Source: Longimicrobiales bacterium (GTDB taxonomy: Bacteria; Gemmatimonadota; Gemmatimonadetes; Longimicrobiales; Gaopeijiaceae). Taken from it: a stretch of 64,000 nt of DNA. The position numbers and the translations under genes are program-made. Numbering within the stretch: the first letter of the stretch is position 1; every line of letters starts with the position of its first letter. Shown in pieces: positions 17,876-28,031 of this stretch. Location: the NCBI GenBank assembly GCA_041690395.1, contig JAWLHJ010000001.1, positions 224,001 to 288,000 of the forward strand, in the 5' to 3' direction. The notes beneath the pieces were generated by a model. It saw nothing but the letters and a program-made list of their open reading frames with translations. It did no database searches and was not told where the DNA came from.

Positions 17876-18921
17876 GCCCGCTCGAGGTCGAGAAGCCGGC
17901 GCTTCCGCCATAGTCCTCCCGCATATCCGGTCAGGCGCCCGTCCGACCCGACGACCCTGTGGCACGGGATCACGAGCGCGAGCGGGTTCGCGCCCACCGC
18001 GGCGCCCACCGCCCGGACCGCGCTCGAGCGCCCGAGCGCTTCGGCCACGTCGGCGTAGCTGATCGTCTCACCCGCCGGGATCTTTTCGAGGCGCGACCAG
18101 ACACTGCGCTGGAACGGGGTGCCGACCGGTTCCAGGGGTAGGCCGGAGAGCGCGTCGGTCTCCCCGTCGAAATAGCCGTCGAGGGCCGCCTGCATACGCT
18201 GGCCCAGCTCCGACGGCGCGGGCGTCAGCACGGCTCGTAGCCCGTCCTTCGTACGGCGAAGCTGACGCTCGAGCGCCTTCCGATCCGTGAACTCCAGGAC
18301 ATGGATCGCCCGGTCGGACGCTCCGACGAGCATGGGGCCGAGGGGAGTCGTCAGATAATCGACGCGAACCAGGAGCGCGTCGCCGAGCTCGGTCGGAGGC
18401 GCGCCGAAGGTCTGGCGGAACGCATCCTGGAAGCCGGAGAGGGAGTCGTAGCCGGACTCGAACGCGACCCGTCCGACGGGTCGGCCGCCCTGGACCTCCT
18501 CGAGTGCGGCACCCAACCTGCGGGCCCGGTGGTACGCCTGGAACGTCATTCCGTGTGTGCGCTGGAACCAGCGGCGCACGCGTTCCGGCTGAAACCCACG
18601 CTCGCGCAGCTCCCTCTCGCTCCAGCGCCGGGAGGGATCGGCCTCGACGGCCTCGAGAAGCGGACCCAGCCAGGACGGCGTCGAGCCCGGTGCCTCCAAC
18701 GGGCGGCACCGCTTGCACGGGCGGTACCCCGCCGCCTCGGCATCTTCCGGCGTGGCGAAGAAGGAGAGCTGCTCGGGACGGGGTTTGCGCGCCGGACAGC
18801 TCGGTCTGCAGAAAATCCCCGTGGAACGGACGCCCGTCCAGAAGATCCCGTCGAAGGTCCCGTCACCGCCGAGGAAGGCTTCCCGCATGCGCGGCTCGGG
18901 AGGAAGTCGATGTGTATCCAT
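17827..18921 (-). CDS. ada: bifunctional Ada: Zn domain, AraC HTH and O6-methylguanine methyltransferase
   Basis: [29 protein letters not shown] at 18921. Confidence 0.93.
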   Translation of the reverse strand: MDTHRLPPEPRMREAFLGGDGTFDGIFWTGVRSTGIFCRPSCPARKPRPEQLSFFATPEDAEAAGYRPCKRCRPLEAPGSTPSWLGPLLEAVEADPSRRWSERELRERGFQPERVRRWFQRTHGMTFQAYHRARRLGAALEEVQGGRPVGRVAFESGYDSLSGFQDAFRQTFGAPPTELGDALLVRVDYLTTPLGPMLVGASDRAIHVLEFTDRKALERQLRRTKDGLRAVLTPAPSELGQRMQAALDGYFDGETDALSGLPLEPVGTPFQRSVWSRLEKIPAGETISYADVAEALGRSSAVRAVGAAVGANPLALVIPCHRVVGSDGRLTGYAGGLWRKRRLLDLERAQTATATLPKRRSRPR

Positions 18922-19090
18922 GGCGGCAATCTCGGATGAGGGATGAGGCGAGGCTACCGAAATTCTGACACGGAAGTCGAGGGGCCGACGACGACCAGCC
19001 GCACGAGGCGGGCCCGTCGGGCGCCACCTTGGTGGCGCCACTGCCGTGGTAGCGCCCTTGCCGTGGTGACCCCCGCTCCGATCTTTCGAC

Positions 19091-19558
19091 ATGGTCGCTA
19101 CACCCGAAAGCCAGACGCCGGTCGCCGAGACCCCCATCATCGTGCGGAGCTCGGAGCTCGACTCGTTCGGGCACGTCAACCATGCCGTCTTCCTCAACTA
19201 TTTCGAGCACGCGCGCTTCGAAGCGCTCGAGGAGGCCGGCTTCACGTGGTCCGTGCTCGAGGAGCGCGGCTGGGGCATTTACGTCGTCCGCATCGAGGTG
19301 GACTACCTGGCCGAGGCGCGGCGAGGCGACCGGTTACTGGTCCGCACCTGGGCCGAGTCGTTCCGCCGCACCAGCATGGTGCTGGCGCAGCGCATGGTCC
19401 GCAGCGAGCCGGACGGCAGGGAGACGACGGTGTCGGAGGCGCTTGTCACCGCGGTCTGGATCGGCCCGGACGGAAAGCCCATGCGTGTGCCCGAAGAAGT
19501 GCGGGAGGGCCTCACCACCACTCCGGAGGACAGATGTCGAACCGAGCCCGTTACGTGA
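19091..19558 (+). CDS. acyl-CoA thioesterase (YbgC/4HBT family)
   Basis: ELDSFGHVNHAVFLNYFEHAR. Confidence 0.9.
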   Translation: MVATPESQTPVAETPIIVRSSELDSFGHVNHAVFLNYFEHARFEALEEAGFTWSVLEERGWGIYVVRIEVDYLAEARRGDRLLVRTWAESFRRTSMVLAQRMVRSEPDGRETTVSEALVTAVWIGPDGKPMRVPEEVREGLTTTPEDRCRTEPVT

Positions 19559-20925
19559 GTCGAGCCCGGCCGCTGAGCCGAGCCTCTCGTTCGCCCCGTC
19601 CAGGTGGGATCGGTCGCTCCTCCGGCCGTGCTGCCGCCCTGGCGTGCGCCGCGCTGCTCGTGGCCTGCGGGACCGGGGAGCCGGGCGGCTCGGCCGCGGA
19701 CGCTCCCACGACGCTCGCGGAGCGGTGCGCCGCCAACGACTCCGGCATCACGGTGCCGGACGGGTTCTGTGCGGTGCTCGTAGCGGACGGCGTCGTGGGT
19801 GCCCGGCACCTCGACGTCGCGGAGAACGGCGACGTCTTCGTCGCCCGGGGCAACACCACGACCGGACCCACCCGGACCCGCGTTCCGGGAGGCGTTACCG
19901 TGCTGCGCGACTCCGACGGTGACGGCCGGGCCGACGTCCGCGAGGCGTGGGCGGACAACGGGGGCAACGAGGTCCTGCTGGCCGGCGGGTACGTCTACTT
20001 CGCGCCCGACGATGCGGTTCTCCGCTACCCCATCGAGGCCGGCGCCATGCGTCCGGCGGGCCCGCCGGACACCCTCGTGTCGGGACTCCCGGACTCGCGC
20101 AATCACGCCGCCAAGAGCCTCGCGCTCGGCTCGGACGGCGCTCTGTACGTCAACATCGGCTCGCCCTCGAACGCGTGCATGCGAGAGGCGCGCACGCCGG
20201 GCTCGCCGGGAATGGACCCGTGTCCGGAGCTCGGGACGCGCGCCGGCATCTGGCGGTTCTCCCCCGATCGGACCGGACAGACCCAGGCGGATGGCGAACG
20301 CTTCGCGACCGGGCTCCGCAACGTGGTGGCTCTCCGCGCGAACTCGGACGACGGCGCTCTCTACGGCGTCGTGCACGGACGGGACCAGCTCCACTCCATG
20401 TGGCCGGACGTCTTCACCGTCGAGGACAACACCGAAATGCCCTCCGAGGAGTTCGTGCGCATCACGGAGGCGTCGGACTTCGGCTGGCCATACTGTTTCC
20501 ACGACCCGCGCACCGGCCGGAAGCTCCTCGCCCCCGAGTACGGTGGGGACGGCGAGGCGGTGGGCCGCTGCGCGGAGAAGGACATGCCGCTCGTCGCGTT
20601 CCCCGCGCACTGGGCGCCCAACGACCTCGAGTTCTATCTCGCTGACCAGTTTCCGGAGCGGTACCGCGGCGGCGCGTTCATCGCCTTCCACGGTTCCTGG
20701 AACCGCGCACCGAATCCCCAGGAGGGTTTTCAGGTCGCGTTCGTTCCGGTGTCTGAAACCGGCTTCGGCCCCGCGTGGGAGACGTTCGCGGACGGCTTCC
20801 GGAACGAGGAAGATTCCTCCGACCACTCGCGCCCGGTGGGCGTCGCGGTTGGGCCGGACGGCTCCCTCTACGTGTCCGACAGCGTACAGGGTCGGGTGTG
20901 GCGCATCATGTACGCCGGACTCTGA
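19534..20925 (+). CDS. PQQ-dependent sugar/sorbosone dehydrogenase family lipoprotein
   Basis: GGAGG SD, LVAC lipobox, GSPSNAC, ATGLRN, FGWPYC, AFHGSWNR, GPDGSLYVSD. Confidence 0.88.
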   Translation: MSNRARYVSRARPLSRASRSPRPGGIGRSSGRAAALACAALLVACGTGEPGGSAADAPTTLAERCAANDSGITVPDGFCAVLVADGVVGARHLDVAENGDVFVARGNTTTGPTRTRVPGGVTVLRDSDGDGRADVREAWADNGGNEVLLAGGYVYFAPDDAVLRYPIEAGAMRPAGPPDTLVSGLPDSRNHAAKSLALGSDGALYVNIGSPSNACMREARTPGSPGMDPCPELGTRAGIWRFSPDRTGQTQADGERFATGLRNVVALRANSDDGALYGVVHGRDQLHSMWPDVFTVEDNTEMPSEEFVRITEASDFGWPYCFHDPRTGRKLLAPEYGGDGEAVGRCAEKDMPLVAFPAHWAPNDLEFYLADQFPERYRGGAFIAFHGSWNRAPNPQEGFQVAFVPVSETGFGPAWETFADGFRNEEDSSDHSRPVGVAVGPDGSLYVSDSVQGRVWRIMYAGL

Positions 20926-20943
20926 CGCGGCCGCCGAACCTTC

Positions 20944-21639
20944 GTGCCCACGCCTTCCGAACCCACCGTGCTCGTCGGCAACGACGTGGTCGATCTGACC
21001 GCGCCGCGGACCAGCGATCGTCACCTGGACGAGCGCTTCGTCGCCCGTGTGTTCACGGAGGGCGAGCGCGCCCGCATTCTGGCCGATGACGACCCGTCGC
21101 TCCGCCTATGGCTCGGGTGGGCGGCCAAGGAGGCCGCCTACAAAGTCGTCTCGAAGTCCCTCGGCGAGCCGCCCCCGTTCGCGCACCGGCGCTTCGAGGT
21201 CACGTGGTTCGGAGCTGGGGACGGCGTCGTTCGGTACGAGTCGGAGGATGTGCGGGTGGTGGTTCGGCACGCCGGGCCCCACGATCACGTGCACGTTTTG
21301 GCGCATATGCCGCGCGTCACTGAGGGGCCCACCAGGGTCGATCGTCTCGACCGGGCCGACGCTCCCTGGCTCGCGCCGCTCGAGAGCCTCCTGGAGCACT
21401 TCACGGAGCTGGAGCGGGCGTCGGTGCACTCGGTGTCGTCGGCCGCGGTCCGGATCGCGGCCCGTGCCGACGCGGCGGACCTCCTCGGCGTCGAGGTCGG
21501 CCGCGTGGAGATCGTGTGCGGGCCGGGTGCGTTGGGCCGCCGCCCACCCCGCATGCTGGTGGACGGAAGGTCCGCAGATATCGACGTTTCGCTCTCGCAC
21601 GACGGACCCTGGATCGCCTGGGCGCTGGCTCCGCGCTGA
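20944..21639 (+). CDS. 4'-phosphopantetheinyl transferase superfamily protein
   Basis: VGNDVVD, WAAKEAAYK, VSLSHDG. Confidence 0.85.
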   Translation: MPTPSEPTVLVGNDVVDLTAPRTSDRHLDERFVARVFTEGERARILADDDPSLRLWLGWAAKEAAYKVVSKSLGEPPPFAHRRFEVTWFGAGDGVVRYESEDVRVVVRHAGPHDHVHVLAHMPRVTEGPTRVDRLDRADAPWLAPLESLLEHFTELERASVHSVSSAAVRIAARADAADLLGVEVGRVEIVCGPGALGRRPPRMLVDGRSADIDVSLSHDGPWIAWALAPR

Positions 21640-21690
21640 CCGCGCCCGAGAACCACACCACACTCGAACCCATCTCCTGGAAGAACCCGC

Positions 21691-22266
21691 ATGGAAGATC
21701 GCGAGCGGCTCAAGAGCATCCTCGTCGAGCGCTCGGTGCGCCTCGGCGACTTCACCCTCGCCAGCGGCGCTCGCTCCGACTACTACGTCGATGCACGTCG
21801 CACCTCGATGTCGGCGGAAGGCCAGTACCTCATCGGGAGGGTGGCGTTGGCCGCGGTCCGTGACGGCGGGCTCAGGCCCAGCCACGTGGGTGGACTGACC
21901 ATGGGCGCCGACCCTATCGCCTACGCGATCGCCCATGCGAGCTGGCTCGAGGGCCGGCCGCTCGACGCGTTCTCTGTCCGGAAGCAGGCGAAGGAGCACG
22001 GCACGGGCCAGCGCATCGAAGGTGGCCTTCCCGTCGACGCCCGGTGTCTCATGGTCGAGGACGCGATGACCACCGGCGGAAGCACGCTGAAGGCGATCGA
22101 CGCCGTGGAGGAGTACGGCGCGACGGTGATCGGTGTGTTGACGCTCGTCGACCGGTCCGAAAACGCAGCCGCGCGGTTCTCCGATCGAGGGCTCCCTTTG
22201 ATCTCGGTCTTCCGCGGAGAGGAGCTTCTGGAGCTGGCCAGAAGCAGAGCGGCGGCCGGAGGCTGA
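21691..22266 (+). CDS. pyrE: orotate phosphoribosyltransferase
   Basis: FTLASG..SDYYVD, RKQAKEHG, VEDAMTTGGS. Confidence 0.95.
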   Translation: MEDRERLKSILVERSVRLGDFTLASGARSDYYVDARRTSMSAEGQYLIGRVALAAVRDGGLRPSHVGGLTMGADPIAYAIAHASWLEGRPLDAFSVRKQAKEHGTGQRIEGGLPVDARCLMVEDAMTTGGSTLKAIDAVEEYGATVIGVLTLVDRSENAAARFSDRGLPLISVFRGEELLELARSRAAAGG

Positions 22267-22350
22267 CTTCGCGCCCCGACCGCCGCTTCCTGTTCCGCGC
22301 CGGTTAGAGGGGTCCCCTCCGGACCGGCCGGTGAACCGCTCAGCCTCGCG

Positions 22351-23457
22351 TCAGTCGAGTAGCCTGAGCGGCATCACCAGACAGAGGTAGTCGGCCTCAC
22401 CCTCGCCGGTCGGGACGATGGTCGCGGCCCGCTCCGGCGCCTTGAACGCGATGTCCACCTCGTCCGAGGGCATGTACTTCAGTACCTCGAGCAGGTAATT
22501 CGCGTTGAATCCGATCTCGAGCTCCTCGGAGTCGTAGCCGATCTCGAGCTCGTCATGCCCCTCACCGAGGTCCGGCGTGAGCACGTTCAGGTGCACGCGC
22601 CCGGGCTCGAACTTGAGCCGGATCCGGTGCGTCTGATCCGACGCCACCACGGCCATCCGTCGCACGGCGGACTCGAGTGACTTCTTCGGGACGGTCGCGA
22701 CCTTGTCGTTGTCCTTCGGGATCACCTGCTCGTAGTTCGGATACGTCCCCTCGATGAGCCGTGTGTACACCTCCGTGCGCTCGCTCTTGAAGCCGAGGTG
22801 GTTGCCGCTCCGCGCCACGTTCAGTGCGTCGTCGTCCTTGAAGAGGCGCTGCACCTGCTGGAGCGCCGCCGGAGGCACGATGAAGTCGGCCGAGGTGGTG
22901 CCGGTGTCCTCGACCGAGACGCTCATCCGCGCGAGGCGGTGACCGTTGGTCGCTACCATCCGCATCTCGCCGGCCCGGAGCTCCCAGAGAACACCGTTCA
23001 GGATCGGCCGGCTCTCCTCCGTGGATACGGCGAACGACGTGTGGTGGATGAGGCGGTTGAGGTCCTTCCCGGTCACGGTGAGGCCGGTGGAGAAGTCCAC
23101 CTCGGCGAGCTTCGGGAACTCCTCGGCGGGAAGGCCGTTCAGCTTGAAATGACTCCGGCCGCACCGGAGCTCGATCTGATCGCCTCGGGTCGACACGTCG
23201 ACTGCCTGGTCCGGAAGCTCCCTCGTGATCTCCTGGAGCTTCTTGCCCGGCGCCGTGAGGGTTCCCGGCTCCTTCACGTCGGCGGGAACGCGCACACGGA
23301 CGGCGACGTCCAGATCGGTTCCGCTCATCCAGACTCCGTCGCCTTCGGCCTCGAAGAGGATGTTCGAGAGTACCGGCAAGGTCGTTTTCGACGGAATGCT
23401 GGCCGACACCGCCGCGAGACCGTTGTGGAGGTTCTGTCTGGTGATCGTGAAGTTCAT
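22351..23457 (-). CDS. dnaN: DNA polymerase III beta sliding clamp
   Basis: MNFTITR start, TLPVLSN, GTDLD, VATNGHRLA, YPNYEQVIP, LVMPLRL. Confidence 0.97.
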   Translation of the reverse strand: MNFTITRQNLHNGLAAVSASIPSKTTLPVLSNILFEAEGDGVWMSGTDLDVAVRVRVPADVKEPGTLTAPGKKLQEITRELPDQAVDVSTRGDQIELRCGRSHFKLNGLPAEEFPKLAEVDFSTGLTVTGKDLNRLIHHTSFAVSTEESRPILNGVLWELRAGEMRMVATNGHRLARMSVSVEDTGTTSADFIVPPAALQQVQRLFKDDDALNVARSGNHLGFKSERTEVYTRLIEGTYPNYEQVIPKDNDKVATVPKKSLESAVRRMAVVASDQTHRIRLKFEPGRVHLNVLTPDLGEGHDELEIGYDSEELEIGFNANYLLEVLKYMPSDEVDIAFKAPERAATIVPTGEGEADYLCLVMPLRLLD

Positions 23458-23499
23458 CGAATCATGGCTCCTGGGGACGGCTGAAAGCGGGGGGACGGA

Positions 23500-23757
23500 C
23501 TCGAGCGCCCGTTCATCCACAGACCCTGGATACTATCTCCCTTCTTTCTATAAAAACATAGTCGTAGTAGGGGATGTGGATCTGTGGAAGATTCGGTGCC
23601 GAAGGTGACGTTTGCGTAACGGGTGGGCGCTCTTGCGACCACTCGGGGGGACCGGGAAAGCGCGGGGAGAAGTCGAGCCGACGCTCCGGGGCGTGGGGAC
23701 CAGGACCGGGGAGGTGTGAAGAATCGGTCGGATATCCACAGATCTCCACACACTTGT
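23500..23757. other. oriC: oriC: dnaA-dnaN intergenic region with DnaA boxes, DnaA-trios and AT-rich tract
   Basis: Box-like 9-mers at 23513, 23575, 23583, 23732 and 23742; TAG/TCG/TAG/TAG trios at 23559-23570; AT-rich tract 23542-23560. Confidence 0.85.
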
Positions 23758-25176
23758 TCAGACTCCCCTGGGCACGTGCTCGTCGAGCTCACGGCGGGCG
23801 GCGTGGACGGCCTCACGGAAGTCTTTGTCGCTCACCATATCCTCCTCGACCTTACGAATGGAGTGGATGACGGTCGAGTGGTCGCGGCCCCCGAAGAGCT
23901 CGCCGATGCGGACGAGGGACATGCCGAGCATGTCCTTGATCAGGTACATGGCGACCTGCCTGGGCACCGTGAGGTCCTTCGTGCGCCGCTTGGACGCGAG
24001 CGCTTCCGGCCGGACACTCCAGCGGCGGGCGACGGTATCGCGGATGAGCTCCGGCGACACGCGTGGGCGGGACTCCCCACGTCCGAGGACGCCGCGTAAG
24101 GCGGTCCGGGCGAGGTCGAGCGTGATCTCCTGGTGCGTCAACGACGAATAGGCGAGCAGCTTGATCACCGCGCCCTCCAGCTCGCGAACGGACGAGGTGC
24201 ACGACGAGGCGATGAACTCGATGATCTCGTCGTCCATGGAGAGCCCGTCGTCGTCGGCCTTCTTCCGGAGGATGGCCATGCGGGTCTCGAGGTCCGGCGG
24301 ACGGAGGTCGACTACCAGGCCCCACTCGAACCTCGAGACCAAGCGCTCCTCGAGGCGGGCCATCTCCTTGGGTGGCCGGTCGCTCGTCAGCACGATCTGG
24401 CGCTGGGCGTCGTAGAGCGCGTTGAACGTGTGGAAGAACTCCTCCTGCGTGCTCTCCTTGCCCTCCAGGAAGTGCACGTCGTCGACGAGAAGGAGGTCCA
24501 TGTCCCGGTAGCGCCTGCGGAACTGCGCCGTGCGTCCTTCGCGGATGGAGCCCACCAGCTCGTTGGTGAACTTCTCGGAGGAGATGTAGGAGATGCGGCT
24601 GTCGGGATTCTGCGCCAGGAGCTGGTTCCCGATGGCGTGCATGAGATGCGTTTTGCCGAGACCCACGCCCCCGTAGAGGAAGAGGGGGTTGTACATCCGA
24701 GCCGGCTTGTCCGCGACGGCGCTGCACGCGGCCGAGGCGAGCTGGTTGTTCGCTCCGACCACGAAACGGTCGAACGTGTACCGCTCGTTCAGCAGCGGCC
24801 GGGGGACGTCGACCGGCGAGCGTTTGGGCTCGGGCGACGCAGCGGAGCCGGGATGCGACGACTCCGTGGTGTCCGAGCTTCGAGGGGTCGGCAGCTCGAC
24901 GACCGGGATCGCGGTCTGGGTCGAACGCTCGGCGGCTCGGACCGAGACCTTGAGTGGACGGCCGAGGACGCGCTCCGCGGCAGCGTCGAGCACGTGCCCG
25001 AACTTGTCCTCGAGCCACTCGACGTGGAACGGGTTCTGTGCTTCGAGGATGAGCTCGTCGGACGTGGTCGCGACCGCCGACGCGCTCGCGATCCACGTGT
25101 TGAAGCTGTGCTCGGGAACGGACTGGCGGGCGACGTCCTGGATCTTCGACCAGAGCTCGGCCGCCGTCAGCTCCAA
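23758..25176 (-). CDS. dnaA: chromosomal replication initiator DnaA
   Basis: YTFDRFVVG, NPLFLYGGVGLGKTHLM, QEEFFHTFN, GGRDHSTV. Confidence 0.98.
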   Translation of the reverse strand: MELTAAELWSKIQDVARQSVPEHSFNTWIASASAVATTSDELILEAQNPFHVEWLEDKFGHVLDAAAERVLGRPLKVSVRAAERSTQTAIPVVELPTPRSSDTTESSHPGSAASPEPKRSPVDVPRPLLNERYTFDRFVVGANNQLASAACSAVADKPARMYNPLFLYGGVGLGKTHLMHAIGNQLLAQNPDSRISYISSEKFTNELVGSIREGRTAQFRRRYRDMDLLLVDDVHFLEGKESTQEEFFHTFNALYDAQRQIVLTSDRPPKEMARLEERLVSRFEWGLVVDLRPPDLETRMAILRKKADDDGLSMDDEIIEFIASSCTSSVRELEGAVIKLLAYSSLTHQEITLDLARTALRGVLGRGESRPRVSPELIRDTVARRWSVRPEALASKRRTKDLTVPRQVAMYLIKDMLGMSLVRIGELFGGRDHSTVIHSIRKVEEDMVSDKDFREAVHAARRELDEHVPRGV

Positions 25177-25317
25177 GGCACCCTCCAGGAGCGTGGCGCA
25201 CCCTCGTTTCCGGCCCGGTGACCTGAGCGAGAAATGGGAGGGTACGGGGGCATCTCGGGATGCGTGCTCGGAGTGGAGGTGACGGCTCGGGTGGGCTCCC
25301 GTTTTGGACGGGCGCCG

Positions 25318-25346
25318 AAGCTATCCAGGCGATGTGGAAAAGTCAA
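25318..25346 (-). promoter_or_regulatory. dnaA promoter with DnaA box in the spacer
   Basis: Minus strand TTGACT-N17-TAGCTT; TTTTCCACA at 25333-25341. Confidence 0.65.
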
Positions 25347-25403
25347 ACGAGGCCACGGAGCGCCTGGATTTCCGTGAATTTCCGGTGCTCGGACCCCCCT
25401 GCG

Positions 25404-25433
25404 TTGACGCTTTCCACACCGTCTGTTTATCTT
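25404..25433 (+). promoter_or_regulatory. rpmH/rnpA promoter with DnaA-box-like 9-mer in the spacer
   Basis: TTGACG-N18-TATCTT; CTTTCCACA at 25410-25418. Confidence 0.6.
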
Positions 25434-25462
25434 TTCAAGCTCGTTTACAAACTTGGTCATCT

Positions 25463-26011
25463 ATGGACCGGGCTCCAAGCCATGAAGCCGACATACAAGC
25501 CGCGCAACCGAAAGCGGGTCAACAAGCACGGGTTCCGCGCACGCATGAAGACGAAGGGCGGACGCAAGGCGCTCAACCGGCGCCGTCGTCGCGGCCGCGC
25601 TCAACTCGTCGTGAAGGTCGGCGGGAAGTAGGCGGCGCATCGCGGCCCCGGGGAGAGACTCTCCCGCGGGGGGCGCGCATCACGCGCAGCGTCGAGATCG
25701 AGGCGTTGCTGGAGCGGGGGAAGCGCAGGAGGACGAAGAATCTCGACGTCTTCTTCGCGCCGTCCCCCGCTTCGCGTTCCCGGTTCGGGGCTATCGTTCC
25801 GAAGCACGGCCACCGGATCGTCGATCGCAATCTCGTGAAGCGGAGGTTGCGGGAGATCGGGAGGAAGGACGTGCTGCCGAGGCTGGACGCCGCTGAGGCG
25901 TGGACCGACGTCCTGGTCCGCGCCCGCCGGTCGGCCTATGCGGCGCGATACGAAGACTTGAAGCGCGAGTTGGCGGAGGCCCTGGAGACGACGTGGTCGC
26001 AAAGCTCCTGA
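25463..26011 (+). CDS. rnpA: ribonuclease P protein component (start uncertain; conserved domain begins about 25660)
   Basis: [29 protein letters not shown]; nearest canonical in-frame start before the domain is ATG 25463. Confidence 0.85.
   Translation: MDRAPSHEADIQAAQPKAGQQARVPRTHEDEGRTQGAQPAPSSRPRSTRREGRREVGGASRPRGETLPRGARITRSVEIEALLERGKRRRTKNLDVFFAPSPASRSRFGAIVPKHGHRIVDRNLVKRRLREIGRKDVLPRLDAAEAWTDVLVRARRSAYAARYEDLKRELAEALETTWSQSS
25482..25631 (+). CDS. rpmH: 50S ribosomal protein L34
   Basis: [39 protein letters not shown]. Confidence 0.97.
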   Translation: MKPTYKPRNRKRVNKHGFRARMKTKGGRKALNRRRRRGRAQLVVKVGGK

Positions 26012-26286
26012 TCGGACTGGTCCGGTTCTACCGGGCCGCGATATCCCCGTGGACTCCACCCGCCTGCCGATACGTGCCCAGCTGTTCGGCGTACGCCGTC
26101 GAGGCGCTGGAGCGCCATGGAGCGGCCAGGGGGTTCTGGCTCGCGCTCCGGCGGGTCGCGCGCTGCCACCCATGGGGTGGCCAGGGTTACGATCCCGTTC
26201 CACTCGAAGCATTACCCACCACGCCTGACGCGACCGGCGCCCATCAGCCGGTGGCCCCCCGTGACTCGAGAATGACGACCGGATGA
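25993..26286 (+). CDS. yidD: membrane protein insertion efficiency factor
   Basis: [33 protein letters not shown]. Confidence 0.95.
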   Translation: MVAKLLIGLVRFYRAAISPWTPPACRYVPSCSAYAVEALERHGAARGFWLALRRVARCHPWGGQGYDPVPLEALPTTPDATGAHQPVAPRDSRMTTG

Positions 26287-28019
26287 GAACAGAGATCCGT
26301 TTCCTGATGGCGATCGTCCTCATGCTGGGCGTGCTGGTCGGCACGAACCTGCTGTTCCCGCCGGTCGTGCCCGAGGTGCAGGACGGTACGGAGCCGACCG
26401 CGGACTCCGTGGCGGGGGGGCCGGCCGAGGTCGCCGCCGAGCAGGACACGCCGGCTACCGCGGTGCCCGCTCGGGGCGCTCAGCCGAGCATGGGACCCGC
26501 GACCGATACGGTGCCGGAGGCCGGGGCGGTGGTCGAGAGCGCTCAGCCGGAGCGCATCGTCACGGTGAGCGGCCCGATGTTCCGGTACGACTTCTCCACG
26601 CACGGGGCGCGCATGGTGTCCGTGCAGATGACCCGGTTCGACGCGCTGAACCGCGAGGGGCTGGTCGACCTGATTCCGGAAGGGGTCGACGGGTACTTCG
26701 AGCACCGGCTGGTCGTGGGACGCGATACGCTCGACCTGTCTCGCGTGCCGTACGTCGTGGAGCCGGCCGACGGAATCACGCTCGAGGAGGGTGGCTCCCC
26801 CCAGACGCTCCGGTTCGTCTACCAGGCCCCGAACGGTGGACTGACCTTCGAGGTCGGCTACACGTTCCATCCGGACCGGTACCAGGTGGACGTGGCCGGG
26901 CGGGTCGTCGGCCTGGAGCGCCCGCTCCTGCTTACCGACGTCGGTCAGGGACTCGCGTACGCCGAGGCGGACTCGGCCGACGAAGCCCGCATGATGGCGT
27001 ACGTGTACAACCACGTGCAGGACGGCATCGAGTCCACGAACCTGGACGACGCCGAGCCGGGCATCGTCGAGGGGCCACTCCTCTGGACCGCGACCCGGAG
27101 CAAGTTCTTCGTCATCTCGCTGCTCGCTGGCCGCGACGAGGCGTCGGGGGAGGCCAACGGCGACTACCTGGGCGGGCTGATCCTGGAGCCGAGCGATCTC
27201 CCGGACCGCATCTCGATCTGGGCGGCCCAGAGCGCCGCGAACGGTGAGTTCGCCTACCGCCTCTTCATGGGTCCCCAGGACTACACGCGGCTGACCTCGC
27301 TGGGTCAGGGCATGGAAGAGGTGAATCCCTACGGATGGCGCTTCTTCCGTCCGATCATCCGGCCGTTCGTGTCGGTCATCATGGCCGTCCTGGTGTTCTT
27401 CCACACCACGCTGGACCTCGGCTACGGATGGGTCCTGATGGTCGTGGGTGTCCTCATGCGCATCGTGCTCTTCCCGCTGAACCACAAGGCGATGAAGGCA
27501 CAACTGCGAAACATGGCCGTCCAGCCGCTAGTGCAGGAGATCCAGACGAAGCACAAGGACAATCCGGAGAAGCTGCAGAAGGAGATGATGCGGCTGTACA
27601 AGGAGCACGGCTTCAACCCGTTCGCGGGATGTTTGCCGATGTTGCTTCCCTGGCCGATGCTCATCGCGCTCTTTTTCGTCTTCCAGAACACGATCGAGCT
27701 GCGCGGCGTGGAGTTCCTGTGGCTGCCTGATCTGTCGGCGAAGGATCCGTTCTACATCCTGCCGATCATCCTCGCTGTGTCGATGTTCCTGATGCAGTGG
27801 GTGAGCCTGAAGTCGCTCGATCAACCCAATGCGCAGCTCAAGATGATGATGTGGGTGATGCCAGGATTCATGTTGTTCATCTTCATGAACCTGGCGAGCG
27901 GCCTGAATCTCTACTACGCGACGACGAACCTGGCCACGATCCCCCAGCAGGTCTGGATCGCCAAGGAGCGCCGTAAGATGAGGGACAAGCCGCCGCCGAC
28001 GCTCAAGAAGAAGGAATAG
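26283..28019 (+). CDS. yidC: membrane protein insertase YidC
   Basis: [41 protein letters not shown]. Confidence 0.97.
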   Translation: MRTEIRFLMAIVLMLGVLVGTNLLFPPVVPEVQDGTEPTADSVAGGPAEVAAEQDTPATAVPARGAQPSMGPATDTVPEAGAVVESAQPERIVTVSGPMFRYDFSTHGARMVSVQMTRFDALNREGLVDLIPEGVDGYFEHRLVVGRDTLDLSRVPYVVEPADGITLEEGGSPQTLRFVYQAPNGGLTFEVGYTFHPDRYQVDVAGRVVGLERPLLLTDVGQGLAYAEADSADEARMMAYVYNHVQDGIESTNLDDAEPGIVEGPLLWTATRSKFFVISLLAGRDEASGEANGDYLGGLILEPSDLPDRISIWAAQSAANGEFAYRLFMGPQDYTRLTSLGQGMEEVNPYGWRFFRPIIRPFVSVIMAVLVFFHTTLDLGYGWVLMVVGVLMRIVLFPLNHKAMKAQLRNMAVQPLVQEIQTKHKDNPEKLQKEMMRLYKEHGFNPFAGCLPMLLPWPMLIALFFVFQNTIELRGVEFLWLPDLSAKDPFYILPIILAVSMFLMQWVSLKSLDQPNAQLKMMMWVMPGFMLFIFMNLASGLNLYYATTNLATIPQQVWIAKERRKMRDKPPPTLKKKE

Positions 28020-28031
28020 CCGGGCGCGCCC

